Shown here one piece after another: positions 48,701 through 56,700 of a stretch of 64,000 nucleotides of DNA (its first letter is position 1; each line of letters begins with the position of its first letter). Under the pieces are notes generated by a model. That model saw only the letters and a program-made list of their open reading frames with translations. It had not been told where the DNA came from and did not search any database. Made by a program: the position numbers and the translations under genes. This DNA is from Desulfoplanes formicivorans (GTDB lineage Bacteria; Desulfobacterota; Desulfovibrionia; Desulfovibrionales; Desulfomicrobiaceae), in NCBI RefSeq assembly GCF_001748225.1, contig NZ_BDFE01000015.1, positions 361,437-425,436 of the forward strand, given 5' to 3'.

Positions 48701-49343
48701 CTGGGGGCCATGGGCCGAGGGAGGCATGGCCGTGGCAACCAAGCGCCGAGGGGCGCATCTGGAACGTCAGGGCATTGTTTCCCTGCAAGCTGACGATGCT
48801 CTGGCAGCATTTCAGGCCGCATCTCCCCTGGCACCGTGTTTTGGGGTCATGCATATGGACTGGAAACGTTTTGCACAGGCCCGGTCTGAATCCCTGCAAC
48901 AGGGTTCGAACGGCTATTTCGCGTCCCTGATATCCACCCAATGGTTGCACCAGGATGACATGCAAAACGTTGAGGCTGTATTGGGCGATGCGACCGATGC
49001 GGCGAGCCTGCTGGAAGGTTTGCGCCTTGTGGCCTGCCGGTTGATCGGGGTTAGCGATCCTGCCCATCTGGCCGTGGAGGTGCCCTTGCTGGAGCAGGGG
49101 TTTGATTCCCTCCTGGCCGTGGAATTCCGTAACATTATCGGTCGGGAGCTGGGTCGGACCATACCCGTATCCCTGATTTTTGAATATCCGACCCTGGAAA
49201 AGATAGCGGGATGGCTGAGGGGGAGCAACGGTTCGGAAACAGAGGAGCAGATACCCGTGGAAATCGCAAACGTGGACCATTTTGCCGACCGGGACCGGCA
49301 GGCCTTGCTGAACGACATTGACAGTTTGCTGGGGGAAGATTGA
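42768..49343 (+). CDS. Type I polyketide synthase: loading AT-ACP, then KS-AT-DH-KR-ACP
   Basis: Loading AT (GHSGGE), ACP-like (HGLTSLLAV), KS (DTACSSSMVALH...EAHGTGTALGD), AT (GHSIGE; HAFHS suggests a malonyl-specific AT), DH (HVIFGKAISP = HxxxGxxxxP), KR (GGSGSLGLHLARWL) and ACP (GFDSLLAVEF). Start taken at ATG 42768; the ORF track extends to 42651. Confidence 0.9.
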   Translation: MTRYVAVFSGIGTQWPGMGRELMVQGGAFAAGFREFDQAFAPMAGWSVEQMLYTQSGDIRPAHMGHPCVLAVECGLFRALQESGFEPDMIMGHSGGEVTAAWAAGVLSTTDAARVALAHSQLLVRVSGQGRMAFVGLPADNVERMIQPYNDRVQIAAINAPSGTVCSGDPKALQALGDACPAHVFFRMLAVDVPFHSKVIEAHLKEFAESLATLTPQPARIPILSSLHGKVARPGDFDAAYWCRHIGEPVRFEAAMRCALDRGAACFVEIAPHAVLQDSMAETASAMGHRVESTGTMCRNTDASQTLQQATDILKGWKEAPSACSGISDAHLGQAADKSRRRRRSELKKLIRQELKQVLPECEMGDDEPFRTHGLTSLLAVRFCSGLGQSLGLALPVSTVFNHPDITRLADHLSCLGDDVATGSGESVSCKHLEEPLAVVGVGCRLPGGINSMDEYWRFLVDGKDAVIPVPQDRWDRERYYDPDRNAPGKMYTCEAAFLTAPSPRLQDFDAHFFNISSREAAQLDPQQRLLLEVSWEAFEHAGIDPFAWRGKNVGVFVGMTNNEYSHAHRESYVRERIDAYSLTGTTLSGACGRVSYYYGFEGPCFSVDTACSSSMVALHAACRSLRQGESDMALVGGVTLMLTPDLHICFSKLGAISPDGRSKAFDDSADGYGRGEGAVVVLLKRLRDAQRDKDRILGLVRGTALNQDGKSNGLTSPNGLSQQKVIAQALRDAALRPEDVSYVEAHGTGTALGDAIELEALADAYRPSPGTLLRIGSVKANIGHLEPVSALASLAKLMLCLEHGALPANIHIKTPNTRFDWQGRGVEAPRTLQPWEGEHPRRAGMSSFGFSGVNGHAIIEEYVEPAVEESTQEPSAFLLLLSAKTEEALRDLAQATALEVQDMTPHHLAALCRSAACRRHHFAWRVAVVGSTPGEVAEQLRTAMPVRAAAQPETMGLLFTGQGSQYPDMGRSLFAMYPVFRKALEECDLLLQAHDFDLLQAIYGGMSAEELARTEYAQPVIASVSYALWRLWESFGLGFDYVAGHSIGEYPAAVASGVMRLEDMLVLALHRGRCMAQAPSGGMAAVFASEDEVAGLLAGHPQICIAAINAPVSLTVSGPQAALAAFLKDLKDRGVAYRELRVSHAFHSPDMDKAAKAFEGPLQEVELARPTRMDMISTVSGQMASLELTRWTYWRDQIVAPVRFFSAVQTMSEQCSLAVEAGPSTALSGLVWQCGLTLQCFPTLSPKQDGLRSLFGAMASLYGEGVVLNWDEVFASFPDQYVPLPGYPWQRQQHWMDVQVDPPSGFVRSDHVPGHRLDSPALGDSAVFVMDFSETGPGFVQEHVIFGKAISPAAGHMAMILAAVRELRGTECCQLGNVDFLSPLVVEPGQTRHVQVIIETPQASESRFRLVSRQGEEDWLTHCTGTVIFQPGPESVPVRKPGQLFAHRETKTAFYDRFLGQGYEVGPGFQRIEDISVRDGESMCRVQARRGDPGEAGHVIYPGALDAVLQTILPPFFHELADTMMTEEALLIPLHVERLSLWRPVPEALWCHARARRGSGDATLEGGTLAMDDKGQVVMELSGFVFRMTDRATLYRQMHSDPLQQVYVQQWDDAQLPKAGSGQVYVASLGRAETGARLAEVLGAHVLPTSGRELARALADVDTSGGHLLLVHGPCSDVDDLAAGEIRVCQDMLVALQQAVSFGLRVHVITSGVMKVLEDDEVQPSGAGLWGVGGSFALEHPDLWGGCVDMPGTAWSDEDMQLCARLCQAESVQDHRAVRHGRVYAQSLVHLKSDRQADAVPLSGTHVISGGSGSLGLHLARWLGDKGAEAVALMSRSGIRSESGRQALEDLRQKGVRVFDLQVDVTDVLQVEAALTGLRQEAPPLRGVYHAAGLLDDGVIMEMTPKRMHKVMEPKITGAVNLHLATRDDELQHFVLYSSAGTLLGAQGQSNYNAANLFFNVFAWWRQQQGLAGNSVCWGPWAEGGMAVATKRRGAHLERQGIVSLQADDALAAFQAASPLAPCFGVMHMDWKRFAQARSESLQQGSNGYFASLISTQWLHQDDMQNVEAVLGDATDAASLLEGLRLVACRLIGVSDPAHLAVEVPLLEQGFDSLLAVEFRNIIGRELGRTIPVSLIFEYPTLEKIAGWLRGSNGSETEEQIPVEIANVDHFADRDRQALLNDIDSLLGED

Positions 49344-52252
49344 TGGATCGTGCACGGGAAGAGCAGTACAAGACTGCATTACGCAGGGCGCGGGATCTCA
49401 TTCATGAGCTGCAGGGAGAGGTGCAGACCATGCATGAACCCGTGGCCATCATAGGCATGTCCTGCCTTTTTCCTGGTGATGCCCACCGGGATGCGGACAC
49501 GCCGGACCTCTTTGGCCATCTGCTGCGTTCCGGATACGATGCGGTTGTCCGGGTGCCCGAAGAGCGTGCAGCATTGTGGCAAAGCCGTCATGACCAAGAC
49601 GCAGCTCCGCGTGTACCCGGCCTTGAGTATGCGGCCCTGCTCAAACATGATCTTTTTGCCTTTGACCGGGAGCTTTTCGGACAGATCCCTGCGGAAGCGG
49701 CCATGAATGACCCTCAGCACCGTCTGTTGCTGGAATTGTCATGGCAGGCCCTGCTGGATGCTGGCTTGCTGCCGTCGGCTCTGGCCGGTGAGGACGTTGG
49801 CGTTTTCACAGGCAAGACCGGCACGGAGTACCTTTTCGACCAGTTGGGTACGGACCGCAATTCCGCAGATGATCCCTATGTCATGACCGGGAACATGAAC
49901 AGTGCCCAGGCCGGACGCATTTCCTATTTTTACGATTGGAACGGGCCCTGCCAGGCCGTGGAATCGGCGTGTTCCACTGCCCTGCTTGCCGTGATGAATG
50001 CCGTGAACAGTCTGCGGGCCGGTGAATGTACGCTGGCCATGGTTGGATCGGTCAATCTGCTGCTGGGGCCCACGCCCAGTCATTGGTTGAACGCCATGCA
50101 TTCCCTGGCGCCCGACGGACGGTGCAAGGCCTTTGGAAACAGCGCAAACGGCTTTGGCCGAGGTGAGGGCGGCGGCGTTCTTGTGCTGGAGCGATTATCC
50201 GATGCCCAGCGTCAGGGGCATCGCATCCATGCCGTGATTCTGGGCGGAGCTGTGGGCTCGGACGGCAGGAGTGCGGGATTCACCGTCCCCAGTGCGGCCG
50301 GGCAACGGCACGTTATCTCGCGGGCCCTGGCCAATGCGGGCATACAGCCTGCCCAGGTGGGGTTTGTGGAAACACATGGAACAGGCACCCCTGTGGGAGA
50401 TCCCATTGAGGTGGAGAGCCTGGCCCGGGTTTATGGATCACGCAAGAACAAACTCCTTATCGGGTCGGTCAAAAGCAATATCGCCCACCTGGAAGCAGCA
50501 GCGGGCATGGCCGGACTGATCAAGGCCGTACTTGCGGTACGCGACGGCGTGATACCCGCCAGTCTGCATTGCACCCCGCTGAACGGTTTGCTGGTGTGGG
50601 ATCAACTGCCCGTCCAGGTTGTGGCAGAGACCCGGCCCTGGCCTGAAGGGTATGAACGGCGCATCGCCGGTATTGACAGCTTCGGGATCACAGGAACTCT
50701 TGTACATCTTTTGGTGGCTCAGCCGCCGGAGCCCGTGTCTGACAAGGCCGGGACCACGAGGGCAGAGCCGGATTACCGGGTACTGCCCTTGTCCGCGCGC
50801 TCTGCTGCCGGTCTGAGTCGTCTGGCTGCTGGTTGTGCACGGCTGCTGGAACAGGGGGAGGATTTTTCGGCCATGTGCACGGCTGCTGCTGCGCGGCCCC
50901 AGGAACCGGAACGCCTGGCCCTGGTTGCGGCTGATGCACAAGAAGCCTTGACCGGTCTGCGCGCCTTTGTTGCCGGCAAGAAAAAGCGGTGTGTTGTTCG
51001 GGGAAGGCAGGGAAAAACCAGGCCCGGCATCCTGTTTCTGTGCAGTGGTCAGGGCTCGCAACAGGGCGGCATGGGCCGGGAGCTGGCCGCCTTGTTTCCG
51101 GTTTTTCGCCAAGTGCTGGAGCGGTGTGATGAGCTGGCTGCGCCGCGTCTGGGGTATTCCCTGCTGGAGGTCATGTTTGCCGAGAACGATCCCCGACTCC
51201 AGGATATCCGTTGTGTTCAGCCGGCCATTTATGCCCATCAGGCGGCTCTGGCCGCTCTCTGGCGGGAATGTGGCGTGCAGCCTGACGCTGTTTTCGGACA
51301 CAGTATCGGAGAATATGCAGCCGCTCATATTGCAGGGGTGTTGGACTTGGAGACGGGTCTGGACATAACCCTGACCCGTGGTGAGCTGGCAGCTTCCATC
51401 CGTGACCAGGGAGCCATGGCAGCCGTTCTGGGGAGCGAAAGCGAAGTGGCCGACGTCCTGAGCACGTTTCCCGGGGTGTCCCTGGCAGCGGTCAATGGCC
51501 CTGCGACCGTGACCATTGCCGGAGAACAGGGCCAGGTGGATGATGCCGTGCAGAGTCTGCGCAAACGCGGTCTGGAGAGTCGGCCTCTTCCCGTGTCCCT
51601 GGCATTTCACAGCCCCATGATCGAACCCATGCTTGATGATTTCCGAACCTTTTTGCGCGGCAAAACCTTTTCTGCGCCCAGGTTGCGCATGCTCTCGGGG
51701 TGCAGTGGCGAGTATCTGTCTGCAGATACGGACTGGGCGGATTATTTTTGTCGCCAGACGCGCAGGCCCGTACGTTTTCTTGATGCCATGCTCCACGCCC
51801 GGGAGGATGTCTACATCGAGCTTGGTGCCAGCCCGATTCTGACCTCATACGGTCGTCAGTGCCGGGAAGATGGCATATGGCTTTTTTCCCAGAATCCCGG
51901 CGCGGTGATGCAACCTCTGGCTCAGAGTCTGGCCCGCCTTTATGTCATGGGCTGTGAACCGGATTGGGGCTGGGAGGCTGACGGTGTGCTGCGACCTGAA
52001 GCCATGCCGGTTTATCCTTTTGAACGGGAACACCTGCTGCCTGATTTTGTGCAGCATCCCGTGCCCAGGGCACCTGGAAACAAAGGGCCGATCATGCCGG
52101 ATTCTTCCTTCAGCCCTGAAAAGATGGCTGGACATGGAGGGGGAGATGTGTCTGCGCAACTGGCCTTGCTGCAACAGGAAACATTCCGGCAGGTCTGCCA
52201 GATGCAGCAGGAGTTTTTGGGTGCCGGTTCTGATGGAGAAAAAGGGGCATGA
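49340..52252 (+). CDS. Polyketide synthase KS-AT didomain protein without an ACP
   Basis: KS (ESACSTALLAV, ETHGTGTPVGD, SNIAHLEAAAG) plus AT (GHSIGEYAAAHIAG, LAFHSP). The ~100-aa tail has no carrier-protein motif. The start overlaps the PKS1 stop (ATGA). Confidence 0.9.
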   Translation: MMDRAREEQYKTALRRARDLIHELQGEVQTMHEPVAIIGMSCLFPGDAHRDADTPDLFGHLLRSGYDAVVRVPEERAALWQSRHDQDAAPRVPGLEYAALLKHDLFAFDRELFGQIPAEAAMNDPQHRLLLELSWQALLDAGLLPSALAGEDVGVFTGKTGTEYLFDQLGTDRNSADDPYVMTGNMNSAQAGRISYFYDWNGPCQAVESACSTALLAVMNAVNSLRAGECTLAMVGSVNLLLGPTPSHWLNAMHSLAPDGRCKAFGNSANGFGRGEGGGVLVLERLSDAQRQGHRIHAVILGGAVGSDGRSAGFTVPSAAGQRHVISRALANAGIQPAQVGFVETHGTGTPVGDPIEVESLARVYGSRKNKLLIGSVKSNIAHLEAAAGMAGLIKAVLAVRDGVIPASLHCTPLNGLLVWDQLPVQVVAETRPWPEGYERRIAGIDSFGITGTLVHLLVAQPPEPVSDKAGTTRAEPDYRVLPLSARSAAGLSRLAAGCARLLEQGEDFSAMCTAAAARPQEPERLALVAADAQEALTGLRAFVAGKKKRCVVRGRQGKTRPGILFLCSGQGSQQGGMGRELAALFPVFRQVLERCDELAAPRLGYSLLEVMFAENDPRLQDIRCVQPAIYAHQAALAALWRECGVQPDAVFGHSIGEYAAAHIAGVLDLETGLDITLTRGELAASIRDQGAMAAVLGSESEVADVLSTFPGVSLAAVNGPATVTIAGEQGQVDDAVQSLRKRGLESRPLPVSLAFHSPMIEPMLDDFRTFLRGKTFSAPRLRMLSGCSGEYLSADTDWADYFCRQTRRPVRFLDAMLHAREDVYIELGASPILTSYGRQCREDGIWLFSQNPGAVMQPLAQSLARLYVMGCEPDWGWEADGVLRPEAMPVYPFEREHLLPDFVQHPVPRAPGNKGPIMPDSSFSPEKMAGHGGGDVSAQLALLQQETFRQVCQMQQEFLGAGSDGEKGA

Positions 52253-53001
52253 TCACCCTGTTTTTGCTTGGTCATGCAGGCGGAAGTGCTTCCATGTATC
52301 CGGCGCTTTTCCCGAATTTGTCATCCCGGGTACAACTCGTACCTCTGGATCTGCCCGGGCACGGCCAGCGCATGGGCGAGGCCCTGTTGGACAATATCCC
52401 GGATATGGTTGCCGATTTGCAGTGTCAGGTGGAGGCCTATGTCGACGGCAACAAGAACGATTATGCGTTGTTCGGCCACAGCATGGGCGGTATCCTGGCC
52501 TATGCATTGACCACGGCCTTGCAGGAAACGGCACGCATGATGCCGCAGCACGTGATTATTTCCAGTACCTGTACGCCGGGACGTCACCATATTGCGCCCC
52601 AGTTGCCCTTTCTTCCCGATGAGGAGTTGTGGGTAAAAAGCGCCGGCTATTTCGGTGGGATACAGGATCAGATTGTTGCCAGTCGCGAGTTGATGACCTT
52701 GTTTGTTCCCATTTTGCGCACCGATCTGAAGGCCGTTTTGGACTGGTCTCCCTCGCCTTGTGAGGCCGTGGACGTGCCCATGACCGTCGTGTGTGGTGAC
52801 AGGGATATTGTTGATGAGGCTGACGTTCTGGTTTGGAGGCGTTATACCACGGAAGATTTTGTTTCATCAGTCCTGCCGGGAGGGCATTTTCATGTTCTGG
52901 AACGGCCATCCGGAGTGGAGACGGTTCTGAAAAACACCCTTGGACAATATGTTTCAGGGCATGGGAATTGTTCTGCCGCATATGATCCCCGGGAGTCATG
53001 A
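52249..53001 (+). CDS. Type II thioesterase (alpha/beta hydrolase)
   Basis: 250 aa with GHSMGG nucleophile elbow and TEII-like length. The start overlaps the PKS2 stop (ATGA). Confidence 0.85.
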   Translation: MITLFLLGHAGGSASMYPALFPNLSSRVQLVPLDLPGHGQRMGEALLDNIPDMVADLQCQVEAYVDGNKNDYALFGHSMGGILAYALTTALQETARMMPQHVIISSTCTPGRHHIAPQLPFLPDEELWVKSAGYFGGIQDQIVASRELMTLFVPILRTDLKAVLDWSPSPCEAVDVPMTVVCGDRDIVDEADVLVWRRYTTEDFVSSVLPGGHFHVLERPSGVETVLKNTLGQYVSGHGNCSAAYDPRES

Positions 53002-53087
53002 ACAATGCAGGGACCCATCCGGAGGCTGCCTGGTTTTTGATCCATGTTGTCCTTTTGTCCAGCCGCGCCAGATACCCGGACAAACCT

Positions 53088-53789
53088 TCAAGCCGTGTGG
53101 CCTGGAGGTTTTTTTATGCCCGAAACCAGGTCCTCGGCTGTGGGCAGAAGCAAGGGCATGACTGATGGGGGCGGCGGTGTGCCCACTGTCAGCCAGTATC
53201 CCTTTTCCAATGGATAATGGCGCCAGAACCAGGACAGATTTTTGGCTGTCAGGGGACATGTGAGTGTCTCCATGTCCAGGGGGTTGGTCAGCAAGCCCGT
53301 GCCCAGGGCCTTGAGAATGGCTTCCTTGATGGTCCAGCGTCTGATGAGATCCGATGCGGGATCTGGCTGTTGGCGGATGACCTGCAGTTCCGTTGGGGTG
53401 AAGGCAATGGCAAATTCTTCCACTTGCAGCGGGCGTACCTTTTCCACATCCACGCCGATACACGACTGGTCGGCACTGCCTATGGCACAGACCGCCCAGC
53501 GGCCGGAATGACTGAGACTGATGGGCCGCCCACTGCCCGCAAGTATTGGTCTGCCCTTGGACTCATGACCCAACGCGGCCAATCCCCTGTCCATGTTCCA
53601 TCCCTCAAGATATTGCATGCCGTAAGCCACGAGCAGCCTGGCCAGCATCCGTTGCAACCGATCACTCCTGCGCCGGTTGCGACGGATAAAACGGCTGTCG
53701 GCGTCCGGGATCAGGGAGAGGAACGTGGTTTCGTCTACCCTGTCCATGTGCTCGACAGGTGCAGCCAGGAGCAGGGAGGTGGTCTTCAT
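53088..53789 (-). CDS. Sfp-type 4'-phosphopantetheinyl transferase
   Basis: PPTase motifs IGVDVEKV and WTIKEAILKALGTG. ATG at 53787-53789 overlaps the NRPS TGA (ATGA coupling). The ORF track start at 53810 is probably an over-extension. Confidence 0.8.
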   Translation of the reverse strand: MKTTSLLLAAPVEHMDRVDETTFLSLIPDADSRFIRRNRRRSDRLQRMLARLLVAYGMQYLEGWNMDRGLAALGHESKGRPILAGSGRPISLSHSGRWAVCAIGSADQSCIGVDVEKVRPLQVEEFAIAFTPTELQVIRQQPDPASDLIRRWTIKEAILKALGTGLLTNPLDMETLTCPLTAKNLSWFWRHYPLEKGYWLTVGTPPPPSVMPLLLPTAEDLVSGIKKPPGHTA

Positions 53790-56700
53790 GCGGTTCTTCC
53801 CGGGGTGCAAAGAGCGATGATTTCATGAAGATATGTTTGCATCTTTTCAAGCAGATCTTCCAGATACCGGGGAGAGAACTCGGCAGGATGTGCATCCACG
53901 TTGAGTCTGAGCCGATGGTCCTGGACCAGACCGGTCACTGCCAGTTTGGCCTGTTGGGGAAAATCGTTGTCAACATCACTGGAAAATCCAAGTTCTTCCA
54001 GAGTGAACGGGCCGCTGGTGCTGCCTGAGACGTCGCCCAGATAGTTGAACAGGACGTCGGCTTCGTAGTCCTGCAATGCTTCAATTTCGGCTAGATACCG
54101 TAAGACCCCGAAGCCCAGCCCCTTGGACGGAACAGCACGGAGGGAACGGTGCACGGAGCGGATGGTGGCAGGGATATCCGTGGCCGCGCACAGCACTGTT
54201 GGATGCACCGTGGTGAACCAGCCCACAATGCCCCCAAGGGAAAGATTTTCAAACAATTCCTGGCGTCCGTGGCCTTCCAGATCCACCAGGAGTTTCCGGG
54301 TGCCGCTTTGTGATTTCACGGCCAGCAGCAAAGCCGTGAGCAGCAGATCATTGATATTGGTATCATAGGCCTTGTGGCATGGGCCCAAAAGAAGCCGGGT
54401 ATTTTTTTTGTCCAGAATCAGATCTCTGGTGATGAGTTCGCAACTGCGTCGTGTCTCAACGGTGCCCTGTACAGGTATCCCTGAGGGTCTGGACGCGAGC
54501 TGTTTTTTCCAGAAATCCCTTTGCTGCTGTACCTCCGGACTCTGTGCATGCTTGATCAGGCGTGCGGCCCATTGGGCAAAGGAACCATGCTGAGCCAGGG
54601 GGGCACTGGGAAGTTCCACGGGAAGATCGTGGTCCACACAGTGCAGGGCTGCAGCCAGATCGCCCAGGATGAGGTGCCAGGACACTCCGTCCACAACAAG
54701 GTGATGGATGATGAGGGCCAACCGGTCCGGTTCCTTGTCTTTCCGGCCTGGGACCAGAACAGCCCAGGCCAAAGGCCCCCTGGCCAGGTCCAGGTTGTGG
54801 GCAATGTCGGCAGCCACCTGTTGCAACTCGTCCGCAGTACAGGTTCGCAGACCAAACCTGTTGTGACCGCTGGTAAGGATATGTTGTTGCCGCTGACCCT
54901 TTTCCAGGGGATAGACAGCACGCAGCATGTCGTGGCGTCGGCTGAGTTCGGCAAGTGCTTTTTTGTATACGGTGGCCGGTCGGCAACGATCCGTGCGCAG
55001 AATCACGGATTGAAAAAACTGTGCGTGATTCATGTCCAGGGAAAAGAGCCACCGCTGGATCGGAGTGAGGGGAACGTTCTGGATGCTTGGTCGGGGAGCC
55101 GCTGCAATCTCCTCGATGATGGCCGCCAGGCTTCTTACATGTGGATCCTTGAGCATGGAAAAGTGGTTGCCCGGGCAGTAACGTTCCTCCATGCCGCCCA
55201 GGGCCAGATTTTCCCAGCCCAGGGGGCGGGTCTCAAAGGACTGGTAGGAGCCGTTCACCGGATCCTTGGGACGGATACATGTCATGGGTATGGGCAGGGG
55301 CTGAGGTTCATAATGGGCCCACGCCAGAAGCTGGGCCTGAAGAAAGGCATGCAGGCGCTTCATTGATGGCACGGATGGAGCACCATCTTCATAACCGGTC
55401 AGGGCTTCCAGTCCGACAGCAATGGCCTGTTCAGGCACTTCCTGAGGAATCTGGTCTCTGGGGACGGGGTTTCCAAGGTCATCGTCCAGCAGATGGTCTC
55501 GGGTGTTCAAGGAGATCACGCCGCGTACCGGGCAGTCGGCCTCGAGCAACTGGCGGGCAATTTCCCAGGCGGTCATGCCGGCCATGCACAGGCCCACCAA
55601 CAGGAAATCTCCCCTGGGAAACCGTTGGATCAGGCTCGGCACATAGCGTGCAGCCACCTTTTCCAGCTGCGTGTCCGGTTGCTGGCCATGATCAATGCCG
55701 AAGGGAGGGAGGACAAAAACAGGCCGTTCCTTGGGCAGGGCATTGATCAGATGGTGATAGCAGCGCACAGACCCACCGGTCGTATGGACCAGGACAAGGG
55801 GACATCCGCTGCCTTCGCGCACGGGTATGAGAAATGGCTGTTTCTCTTCCTCACCTTCCTGTAGGTCGCGTATACGACGGGCCAAGGTGCGTATGGTCAC
55901 GCCGTTCATGAGTTCGGAAATGGGTATACTGCAGTTCAGATTGGTTTCCACGTGGGCAATCAGGCGCATGGCCTTGAGGGAATCCCCGCCCATTTCAAAA
56001 AAATCGTCATCCAGGAAAACCGTGTCCATGCCCAGCACATCCAGCCAGATACGGGCCAGGGCCAACTCCAGGGCTGTTGATGGCGGTTCACCCTCGGTAT
56101 GCTGTGGCCGGACGAGTTCAGGCAGGGCTGCCTGGTCGATTTTTCCGTTGGTATTCAGGGGCAAGGCTTCCATGCGAATGAATAGGGCAGGGATCATATA
56201 TGCGGGCAGTTTGCGACGCAGCAGAGCCCGCAATGCGGTTTCGTCCCATTTTTCGGCCACAACATAGGCGCAGAGTACAACATCACCGTTGGCATCCGGT
56301 CGGGCCAGGACGGCTGCCGAACGGATCTCCGGCCGGGCCAGCAGAATCTGCTCGATTTCCGCCGGTTCGATACGGAAACCGCGGATACTGAGCTGATTGT
56401 CGATTCTTCCCAGAAATTCCATGGTGCCGTCGGGAAGACGACGGCAAAGGTCCCCGGTACGGTACATGCGGGCGTATTCCCCCTCCTTGTCCCTGGCAAA
56501 GGGGTTGGGGACGAAAGCATGGGTCGTCTGATCCGGCTGGTTGCGGTAGCCGCGGGCCAGGGCCTTTCCCGACAGATGCAGTTCTCCGGGCAGGCCGTCG
56601 GGCTGGAGATGACCATGGCGATCCAGAATGAGACATTGGGTGCCGGCCACGAATCGGCCGATGGGGATGGGTTTGTTTTCCTCCTGCACCAGATGGTGCG

